From Candidatus Omnitrophota bacterium (lineage in GTDB: Bacteria > Ratteibacteria > UBA8468 > MWAK01): a stretch of 23,097 bases of DNA. The notes beneath the pieces were generated by a model. It was not told where the DNA came from and did not search any database. It saw nothing but the letters and a program-made list of their open reading frames with translations. The position numbers and the translations under genes were made by a program. Shown in pieces: positions 15,697 to 23,097 of this stretch; positions within the stretch are counted from its first letter, which is position 1, and the number at the start of each line of letters is the position of its first letter. The stretch lies in assembly GCA_043797665.1 (NCBI GenBank), contig JAZDPL010000044.1:1-23097 (forward strand), given 5' to 3'.

Positions 15697-18591
15697 ATGA
15701 AAAACAAAAAACCCCGGCTCTTTGTCAACAATCCAAATTGTAAACCGGCTGTTTTGGCGGTCGGAGCGCCGTTTGCTCAAGGAGCTTTTTCCGCTCAGGC
15801 GGGACTGTCGGCATTCCACGACAAAGACCGGCTTCCCCTATGGTTTGAGCCGAGAAGTTTCTGGCCTGACGGGAGTCTTCGCTGGGCATGGATGCATATG
15901 GAAGTTCCGCCGGGCGAATCGGAGATTTTCCTGCGGGAATGTGAGCCTTTTCGGCAGAACTCGGTCAGTCTCCGGCACACGAAGAAAGAATCCGTTCTTG
16001 CCGTCGGAACTCATAGATTGACCGTTTCTTCAGATGGAAAAATAGGCTGGCAATACGGGAAATGTTCCTGGACGGTCAATGACCTTGGCGCCGCTCTCGG
16101 AACCGGCGAATATACAATTCCGCGGGAGGTCGCCGTACAACTTCTTGAACCGGGCAATATCGCCCCGCTCCTCAAAATCACCCGAACCGCGCCCGGCGAC
16201 CGCCGGCTTGAATACCTCGTGCGGCTTTTCCCGTCCGAGGGGATTCTGTCGGTAACACGGCGGCTTTCTTCTCTTTCGCCGGAGAATAAGATACTCCGGG
16301 GAATGCAGGTGGTTCTTGCGACAAACTCGGCCGGCCGATGGGAAATGGATTCTCTCTCCCCGGAAGACAATATCTCCGTTCTCTGTTCCTCCCCGGGAAC
16401 CTATGTTTTCAACGGCACCGAACGGCAGGGCTATCCGCAATTCCTGTTGAAAAACGCCGGCGCAGGTTTCTTCCTTGAAAAAGCATGGCAGCGCTTTCCG
16501 GCGGGTTTACAGGCATCATCAGGGAAAATCGTGCTTGATTTGTACCCGTTCACCGAACAAGGGATTCTCTTGTGGTCAGGCACGAATCTCCGCCACCGGT
16601 TTATTCTCGCGCTCGGTGCTCAAGGTGTTGACGGTTTACAACGCCCGTTCTTCAGGTGGGATTCTGAATATATCTGCAGTACCGGGGCGATGGGGCTTTT
16701 GGCACCCTGTACTGAAAAAAGCCGCTATTTTTTTACCGGTTATGAAACTGCCGTGGAATCCGCCTTTTCTTCGCTCCGCCGGTCATCGCTCGGCACTTCC
16801 CGCCCGCCTCTGGACGGCCCTGCAGTTCCTCTTGAACAGGAAGAAAAACAGGCGCCGGAGTATTTCGGGCTCCAACATTATGGCGATTGGCCTCTGGAAT
16901 GGGGACGCTATGCAGGACCTAACCCGCATCACCGTATCTATGCCGATAACGAATACGACATACCCTTCGCTTTTTTTCAGCAGTTCGCGCGCACCGGCGA
17001 CATCCGCTATCTGGAAATTGCCCGTGAGGGAATTGTTCACATGGCCGATGTTGACATGGATATACTGCACGATAAAATGTTTTACCACGGCTACTTTGAC
17101 TACGGAGAAGACCACAATAAACATCGGGCAACTCCCGGCGTGGGCGACCATTCCTGGACCGAAGGACTCTGGTGCGCTTATTTTCTCTGCGGGGATATCT
17201 GGGCTCGGGAGGCTGCCGAGGCGATCGGACGCTCGCTGATGAAAGGTTTTGCAGGCGAAACCGATGATGCGGTCATGCGGCATTGGTTCTGCTGTGAGAG
17301 AACCGTCGGCTGGCCGATGATACAGCTTTCGGTCAATGCGGAATCCAACGGTGACCGCTCTGTTCTCGCTAAAATTTCACAGATGGCGGATTTTTTAGCA
17401 CGATACTTCAGCGATCCCGACGGGATGTTCCTGCAGACGGATTCCTTTGACGGGAAAAAGTTCAAATGGTTCCGGGCAGGAGCACAGGACGGGACCAAAA
17501 CTCTCATGCTTTCCATTGTCATGGAAGGGCTTGAGCGTTACCACCGGCTGACCGGCGACCCGAAGGCGGTTGAAGCAATGGAGGCAATCGCCGGTTTTCT
17601 CATCAGCAGGATGTGGGATCCGGTTGCCTGCATGTTTACCTATGAACTGAACGCCTATGAACGGAAACATCGGTCGCTTGATCCTGTCCCAGGGATTCTC
17701 CCTGTTCGGCCGCTGGCATATCTGTATGAAATGACCGGCAAAGAAAGTTACCGTACCATCGCGAAAGAATCGTTCTTCGGTGCCTTCTGGATTCTTACCG
17801 CCAGCGGTTCTCCACCGGACAGAGAAGGAAATTCTTCGAGCATCAATTCGGCGCGGGACCTCGGCATCATAATGCGGTCTGCAAATGCGGCACTCTACTG
17901 GTTCTTGAAGTGGAAGGAATCTGAAGAAGAGGACAGGCGAAGCCGCATGGTTCCGGCCTCAAGCCGGTCATGGAGATTCGCCGGCACACCGGAACAGCTC
18001 CTCCGGGACGATTTCTTCTCTCTGGAAAACGGCTCTCCGGTTTTTGTTGAAGGCGGCGTGCTCTCTACGTCCCCCCGTTTCAACAGGGATGGCGAGCTGA
18101 TTCAGGACGGAAAAAGTTTCCTCTATGGCCGATTTCAGAAACCGCTCTCCACGCTGTGCGGAGCCGTTTCTCTGAAGGTCAGAAATCCATGGGAAGGAGA
18201 TACAAAGTTTGCGGTCTGCCAGAGAGGGTGGCTGCACCTTTCCGGTGAACAATTCACCGCATCCGCGGTCAGTATCATCAGTTTCTACGGAAAAATCCAG
18301 GCACGCCTGTATGATGCGGAAAGGAATCTCGTTGAATCCGTGGAAGCCTCATGCGGGGACTGGCAGCCGGGCGAAGTCCATACGGTTGCTCTTCGTTGGA
18401 ACGAAGAAGAAGCCGTTTTCGTCGTTGACGGGAAAGAGCGCGACAGACGTTCCCTTGACCGGAGACTCGGCGGCAGTTTCACACGGTGTGCGGTCGGGTA
18501 TCATCCGGCACACTGGACTTTTGAAGGAGAAATAGTTGAACTGAATATTTCCATTGGAAAAATAGATAAAAAACTTAGGGAGAGCGCGTGA
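15697..18591 (+). CDS. YetA/PcRGLX (PL26)-like exo-rhamnogalacturonan lyase family protein with C-terminal LamG-like domain
   Basis: FWPDGSLRWA, YFGLQHYGDW, DNEYD, QFARTGD, HMADVD, HSWTEGL, ERTVGWP; C-terminal WQPGEVHTVALRW..FVVDG. Confidence 0.68.
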   Translation: MKNKKPRLFVNNPNCKPAVLAVGAPFAQGAFSAQAGLSAFHDKDRLPLWFEPRSFWPDGSLRWAWMHMEVPPGESEIFLRECEPFRQNSVSLRHTKKESVLAVGTHRLTVSSDGKIGWQYGKCSWTVNDLGAALGTGEYTIPREVAVQLLEPGNIAPLLKITRTAPGDRRLEYLVRLFPSEGILSVTRRLSSLSPENKILRGMQVVLATNSAGRWEMDSLSPEDNISVLCSSPGTYVFNGTERQGYPQFLLKNAGAGFFLEKAWQRFPAGLQASSGKIVLDLYPFTEQGILLWSGTNLRHRFILALGAQGVDGLQRPFFRWDSEYICSTGAMGLLAPCTEKSRYFFTGYETAVESAFSSLRRSSLGTSRPPLDGPAVPLEQEEKQAPEYFGLQHYGDWPLEWGRYAGPNPHHRIYADNEYDIPFAFFQQFARTGDIRYLEIAREGIVHMADVDMDILHDKMFYHGYFDYGEDHNKHRATPGVGDHSWTEGLWCAYFLCGDIWAREAAEAIGRSLMKGFAGETDDAVMRHWFCCERTVGWPMIQLSVNAESNGDRSVLAKISQMADFLARYFSDPDGMFLQTDSFDGKKFKWFRAGAQDGTKTLMLSIVMEGLERYHRLTGDPKAVEAMEAIAGFLISRMWDPVACMFTYELNAYERKHRSLDPVPGILPVRPLAYLYEMTGKESYRTIAKESFFGAFWILTASGSPPDREGNSSSINSARDLGIIMRSANAALYWFLKWKESEEEDRRSRMVPASSRSWRFAGTPEQLLRDDFFSLENGSPVFVEGGVLSTSPRFNRDGELIQDGKSFLYGRFQKPLSTLCGAVSLKVRNPWEGDTKFAVCQRGWLHLSGEQFTASAVSIISFYGKIQARLYDAERNLVESVEASCGDWQPGEVHTVALRWNEEEAVFVVDGKERDRRSLDRRLGGSFTRCAVGYHPAHWTFEGEIVELNISIGKIDKKLRESA

Positions 18592-20684
18592 ACATAGAGC
18601 GACAGGGCAGTACTATTACGGTAGGGAACGGCTCCTGGATGTGCAGTCATGACCTGAAGAAGGGAGGCGCTCTGTGCGGAATTTCCTTCACGCATGGCAC
18701 GCACGGCAACCTGCTTGCGGCGCCGCTGGAAATGGGCGTCGGCTATTTCCTTGATATCCACGAGAGCAATCCTTCTGTCCGAGTGGAAGAAAAAAAAGAC
18801 AGCATTGTGGTGACGTTTACCGGGACACTAAAAGAGAAGAACGGCAAAGGGGACATCGGCTATCTGCAGTCATGGGACTACCGTGATTACGGAATTCATC
18901 GTCTCCAGCAAATCTTTCTAAATACAAAAACCGTTAACCCGAAAGACCTTATACTGAATCGCTTCCGTATTTCAAAAGAATATGCAAAAGTCCAGGTATT
19001 GCCGAGCGACAATGCATGGCAGGACTGGCGCGACGGCATGTCGGAAGAATTTTCATACAGCATTGTTCCGGAACTTTTCGGATTTTTTGCGAAAACCGGG
19101 GCGGGTATTCAATTTATCCGGGGAGACGATACAACGATCTGGGGGTATGACCCTTCCGTAATGAGAACTTCTCTCGGGGAAGTTGAATGTACGAAGGAAA
19201 ACCACATCTCATTCTGTTTTGAACTGCGTCCCTGGACCAAGGTATCTTCTCTTGCAGATGTACCGTCTGCCGGTAAAGAAAGTCTTTCGTTCGATTCGTT
19301 TCTCGGGGTCACCAACTATAAATCACGTCCGTATCTTCCCCACCGGGAACTGGTCATCGACAGCCAGCCGTTTCTTTCCGATGCCGAAATTCATGATCTT
19401 GCGGACATCGGTATCAATGTCTTGCGTATTCATGAAGGGGCAAATTTTGTGAAGTTTACCGCGGACCACTGGATGGACGGCACATTTCCGCCGTTTGACG
19501 GCGAACAGCTGACGGAGATGAAGCGCCTTATCCGCACCGCTCACTCCCACGGGATCAAGGTCATTCCGTATTTCATGCCATCCGGAGTGCACCCAGTCTC
19601 TCCGGCCTTCAGGGAGCACCCGCGCGAGTGGCAGGCAATGAGAATACCGAACAGTACTCTCGTTTTCTCCTCCCCGGGCGACGGCCAGGTATGGGAGACT
19701 TATTTCTGCATGGCAAGCCAGTGGCATAACTGGATATTGGAACATGTCACCACCGTTCTGAACGAATATGGATTTGACGGTTTCTATTTCGACAGCGTTA
19801 GTTTCGCAAACTGTTACAATCCGCTTCACGGGAGAGTACCCCATCAAAGCCTGAACGACGGGCTCAAACTTCTGATGACATTAAGGAAACGGTTCCCCGA
19901 CAAGGTCATTTTCAATCACCAGATGAGCTGCGGGGTGAATGTGTTATATGCCAATATCGTTGACCATATCATCAACCTGGAGGAATACGGACTCAAGACG
20001 CCCGAAGAACTTCGGCCTTTTCCGTTCGCCGTTACCGTCCAGCGTGCTTGCGCATCGGTAAGTTCGGTACCCCAACCATTCCTTCCCAAGGACGGCGAGG
20101 CAGTTTCGCCGGGACTGGTGATGGTCAAGTACAAACCCGGCAGGGAGCCGGTACCGACCCGCAAACTTGCCCGCAAAGGTTTCCCCTATTTCCTTGTCCA
20201 CGGCATTCTTCCCTATCTTTACACATTCATGGAAAAATTGCCGCTTGGATACAAGAATTCAGGTGACCGCGTGACTGATACGGAAGGGTTCTATTATTTC
20301 TATCGTCTTCTGAAGGTATTGGACCGGTATAAGGTGCAAAGATACTTCGCGCCGGAAGAAAACGTTCTGGAACCTTCAGAAAAAGATGTAGTATCGACAG
20401 TTCTGACGACCGAACAAGGGTACATCGTGCTCATCACTTCTACCGCGGGCAAAATACTAAAGGATGTGGAAATAACCGTCAATCAAAAAGCTCCAGCTGA
20501 TATTCACCGGAAGTGGAAAACCGTTTCCCTTATCGCTTCAACCCGTGATACGGAAGTGTCGCTGAAGAAAATCGGCCGTAACAGTATGTTGTTGATGAAA
20601 GAACTTCATCCGGACGAACTTTATATCGTTGAAATAACTTACGGCGAAAGGGAACTTCGTGGAAAAGCCCTTGATGAAAATTAA
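18588..20684 (+). CDS. Putative glycoside hydrolase (TIM-barrel core, family uncertain)
   Basis: GTG start overlapping the upstream TGA. Motifs LADIGINVLRIH, MKRLIRTAHSHGIKVIPYF, HPREW, C..SQW, YGFDGFYFD. Confidence 0.62.
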   Translation: MNIERQGSTITVGNGSWMCSHDLKKGGALCGISFTHGTHGNLLAAPLEMGVGYFLDIHESNPSVRVEEKKDSIVVTFTGTLKEKNGKGDIGYLQSWDYRDYGIHRLQQIFLNTKTVNPKDLILNRFRISKEYAKVQVLPSDNAWQDWRDGMSEEFSYSIVPELFGFFAKTGAGIQFIRGDDTTIWGYDPSVMRTSLGEVECTKENHISFCFELRPWTKVSSLADVPSAGKESLSFDSFLGVTNYKSRPYLPHRELVIDSQPFLSDAEIHDLADIGINVLRIHEGANFVKFTADHWMDGTFPPFDGEQLTEMKRLIRTAHSHGIKVIPYFMPSGVHPVSPAFREHPREWQAMRIPNSTLVFSSPGDGQVWETYFCMASQWHNWILEHVTTVLNEYGFDGFYFDSVSFANCYNPLHGRVPHQSLNDGLKLLMTLRKRFPDKVIFNHQMSCGVNVLYANIVDHIINLEEYGLKTPEELRPFPFAVTVQRACASVSSVPQPFLPKDGEAVSPGLVMVKYKPGREPVPTRKLARKGFPYFLVHGILPYLYTFMEKLPLGYKNSGDRVTDTEGFYYFYRLLKVLDRYKVQRYFAPEENVLEPSEKDVVSTVLTTEQGYIVLITSTAGKILKDVEITVNQKAPADIHRKWKTVSLIASTRDTEVSLKKIGRNSMLLMKELHPDELYIVEITYGERELRGKALDEN

Positions 20685-21486
20685 ACTGGCTCTTTCCGGA
20701 AGAATATTTGAACAGGATTATAAGGAAAATATACCATTAGAAGAGTTCGTTGAAATTGCTTCGGAAATAGGATATCAGGGGATAGAATTAAGAAGGACGC
20801 AAGTTTCGTTAGAAACTCCTTCCTGGAAAGTAGAAGAGTATGTAGAAATGATAAGAGACAGCGGTTTAGAAGTAGTCTGTATGGAAACAAGAGGGTATCC
20901 GGTATTAGAAGATGAAAATATCTTTATCCGATTTTTGGAATTGGCGAAAAAGTTTGATTGCCAGATTATTAAGATGGGCGGAGATCCGGTCAAAACGACA
21001 CGGTGCGCGGAAATAGCCGCAGGCTATGGCATACGCCTCGGGCTCAATAACCACATCGGAACCGAGGAGAAGCCGGGCTGGACAGAAACGATTGAACGGA
21101 CCGTCGCCTACCTCGGACAGGTGAATCATCCCAACTTTGGTATACTTTACGATGCGTGTCATCTATTTATGAGTGGAAGTGAATATGGCGCAGAATCTAT
21201 CAATAAAATAAGCGACCAAATCTTTTATGTGTTAATTCAGTACCTGGTTGAAACCAACAAGAAAAACGCGGAAATCATATTTCACAACCGTTACTTTAAA
21301 AATGGGATTTTTGGTGAGCCGAACGGTCCTGATTTTAATCAGGTATTTAAGGGATTAAAACAGAATAACTATCAAGGCTACATAGGGGTTATCTCACCGA
21401 TGTTAAAAAATATTTCTCCGGAGCAGGTCGCTACAATTTACTATCGGAAAATTAAAGAAAAAATAGAGAAAATATGGCTAAGTTAA
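20674..21486 (+). CDS. Sugar phosphate isomerase/epimerase (xylose isomerase-like TIM barrel)
   Basis: ASEIGYQGIELR, GIRLGLNNH, VNHPNFGILYDACH, PDFNQVFKGLKQNNYQGYI. ATG 20674 preferred as start. Confidence 0.85.
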   Translation: MKIKLALSGRIFEQDYKENIPLEEFVEIASEIGYQGIELRRTQVSLETPSWKVEEYVEMIRDSGLEVVCMETRGYPVLEDENIFIRFLELAKKFDCQIIKMGGDPVKTTRCAEIAAGYGIRLGLNNHIGTEEKPGWTETIERTVAYLGQVNHPNFGILYDACHLFMSGSEYGAESINKISDQIFYVLIQYLVETNKKNAEIIFHNRYFKNGIFGEPNGPDFNQVFKGLKQNNYQGYIGVISPMLKNISPEQVATIYYRKIKEKIEKIWLS

Positions 21487-22481
21487 AAGTAGGAATTATT
21501 GGTCTTGGCGCTATTGCTTCCTCGCATATCAAGGCCATCAATGCCATTAGAGAATTAAGGCTCCATTCAGTCTGTAGAAGAAACAAAGAAGAACTGGATA
21601 AATTTTGTAAAGAATACAGGGTCAAAGGTTTTACCGATTATAGAAAACTTTTGGAAGAAGGGGTTGACATTGCCGTTGTTGCCGTACCTCATCATCTTCA
21701 CTATGAAGCAGGGATGAAAGCACTTGACTGCGGCTGCCATCTGGTAATGGAAAAACCCTTCGCTATCAGTATAAAACAATGCCGAGATTTATACCAGAAA
21801 GCAAAAGAAGGGAATTTAAAGATAGTAACTGCTGATTCCTCTTATTATCTACCCCGGATTAGAAAAGCCAGGGAAATAATCAACTCCGGAAAACTGGGGA
21901 GATTTATCTCGGGGGGTATCATAAACTATAAAAATTATTTCACGCCAAATAGACCAGTCTGGTTCTTAGAGCCAGAACTGGCTGGTGGCGGTCAATTGCT
22001 TAATGTTGGCGTACACCGAGTAGGCCTTGTACGAGCCCTTATAGGCAGTGGAGAAATAACTGTTAAGGCATCCGTCGGTTTTTTTCAGCCGAATTGCAGG
22101 ATAGAGGGAAATGGTTCTATTTTCATAGGTTATGGAGATGGTTCTGCGGTAATGTTGGAAGAAAACGGCTATTATAAACTTAACCCCCATCTGGAAAAAT
22201 GTTGTCATTTTAATTTTGAAAATGGGGTGATTAATCTTTCTGGGAAATTTAATGTTATTTATAAAAACGGAGCCGTAGAATATTATGAAGCGGACCAAGC
22301 AGAAAACAGACCGTATTTGCCACATTACCAGGAGATTGTTTCTGCCATTAAAGAAAACCGGACTCCCTACCCGGGCGCAAAAGAAGGCATCCTGGATGTA
22401 AAGATTATTTTAGCGGCTTATGAATCCGCAAAAACCGGTAAAGAGGTTAGATTAGATAACGCAAGGTGGAATATCAAGTGA
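21474..22481 (+). CDS. Gfo/Idh/MocA family NAD(P)-dependent oxidoreductase
   Basis: LKVGIIGLGAIA Rossmann motif, VPHHLH, MEKP, W....AGGGQLLNVGVH, AAYESAKTGKEV. Confidence 0.95.
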   Translation: MAKLKVGIIGLGAIASSHIKAINAIRELRLHSVCRRNKEELDKFCKEYRVKGFTDYRKLLEEGVDIAVVAVPHHLHYEAGMKALDCGCHLVMEKPFAISIKQCRDLYQKAKEGNLKIVTADSSYYLPRIRKAREIINSGKLGRFISGGIINYKNYFTPNRPVWFLEPELAGGGQLLNVGVHRVGLVRALIGSGEITVKASVGFFQPNCRIEGNGSIFIGYGDGSAVMLEENGYYKLNPHLEKCCHFNFENGVINLSGKFNVIYKNGAVEYYEADQAENRPYLPHYQEIVSAIKENRTPYPGAKEGILDVKIILAAYESAKTGKEVRLDNARWNIK

Positions 22482-22497
22482 AAGGAGAGGAGATACT

Positions 22498-22560
22498 ATG
22501 GTTAAGAAGATGCTAAAGCGGATGGTTACCCCCCCCTTCTGGATGGGGTACGGATATTAG
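22498..22560 (+). pseudogene. 20-codon ORF with strong RBS; probable truncated next gene of the operon
   Basis: AAGGAGAGGAG precedes ATG. Translates as MVKKMLKRMVTPPFWMGYGY*, containing a C8 run. Confidence 0.35.
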
Positions 22561-22596
22561 TGCCCAAAAATTCTCAAAATGTGTGGACCAAGTACA

Positions 22597-22788
22597 ATCG
22601 ATTAACAGGTAAACTTTTTCATTGAAATCCGCGCCCTTCCCTTCCAGATATTTGATAACCTCGTCGGGGCCTTGATTACATAGGTCAAGAAGAGCAAAAT
22701 CCTCCAGATCAAAGTAAAATATATTGGATAGAGGGGTGTTTTTCTTTAGATAGTTATCGATCAGGTAGTGTAAAAGGGAAGTCTTACC
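22597..22788 (-). pseudogene. Fragment of an AAA_14/COG1373-type ATPase
   Basis: The minus strand reads GKTSLLHYLIDNYLKKNTPLSNIFYFDLEDFALLDLCNQGPDEVIKYLEGKGADFNEKVYLLID: half a Walker A, the IFYFDLED strand, and a Walker B cut before the Glu. No in-frame start. Confidence 0.75.
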
Positions 22789-22861
22789 ATAATTCAGGTT
22801 ATTATACCTGAAAAAAGCGTAAAAAATGATATTTCCTTTAACAATAAATAGCCGGATTAGA

Positions 22862-22890
22862 TTGTAATTACTATGAAAATTGCATATAAT
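22862..22890 (+). promoter_or_regulatory. Sigma70-type promoter upstream of the transposase remnant
   Basis: TTGTAA (22862-22867), 17-nt spacer, TATAAT (22885-22890). Confidence 0.6.
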
Positions 22891-22945
22891 ATTGGTAACA
22901 AAATCTCTCTGGCAGAACCTTCCCTAAAAGGGAACATTGTGCCCG

Positions 22946-23095
22946 ATGCCCAAAGGAATCAGAATTTTGCACATATCGGTGGGAGCCCGCAATCTGACTC
23001 ACTTTGGCGGTATCTTTTTTATTCATCAATTCTGCAAGAAACTGAGACTCAAGTGGCATTTGCAGAAAAAGGTTCTTTTTCATCAAGGGCTGTAG
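22946..23095 (+). pseudogene. N-terminal fragment of an IS1380-family-like transposase
   Basis: MPKGIRILHISVGARNLTHFGGIFFIHQFCKKLRLKWHLQKKVLFHQGL*. The LTxFGG..hh..F...L.L motif resembles IS1380 transposase N-termini; it stops after 49 aa. Confidence 0.6.
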
Positions 23096-23097
23096 GG

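Noticed and set aside
14451..15731. 426-aa antisense ORF
   Set aside because: It is the shadow of the DUF4838 gene on the opposite strand, with no recognisable motif.
22529..22536. Phase variation through the C8 tract
   Set aside because: Both shifted frames also stop within about 30 codons, so slippage restores no long ORF.
22793..22816. Rho-independent terminator at the TTCAGGT/ACCTGAA hairpin
   Set aside because: No U-tract follows the stem on either strand and the stem is AT-rich.
22871..23097. ORF 22871..23086(-) and the open + frame from ATG 22873
   Set aside because: Neither has motifs. The + frame from 22946 carries the transposase-like signal, and the region includes a promoter.

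Overview
Accessory-type bacterial window with nearly all genes on the + strand. The DUF1559/H-X9-DG pilin-like gene plus DUF4838 and PL26-like neighbours suggest a PVC-superphylum host (inference). Gene order: partial PilB/GspE ATPase, ankyrin protein, poly-HAMP chemoreceptor with an apparent 14-aa deletion of its signalling tip, NamZ-family muramidase, a 327-bp MITE, double-SIS MurQ/GCKR-like protein, AraC regulator, DHDPS/NAL-family enzyme, dihydroorotate-dehydrogenase-like flavoprotein, a DUF1559-led glycan-utilisation cluster of 7 genes, then fragments of an AAA_14 ATPase and an IS1380-like transposase. The most striking signal is several families of small palindromic elements. A 50-bp GTAG REP doublet occurs three times, and two copies sit in frame in unrelated ORFs, encoding the identical peptide VGVGFIRPAGLINQAPT. 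A TGTCA..TGACA element supplies a protein C-terminus. The MITE landed in a TAATG stop/start overlap without breaking either gene. All calls come from motif recognition by eye; no searches were run.
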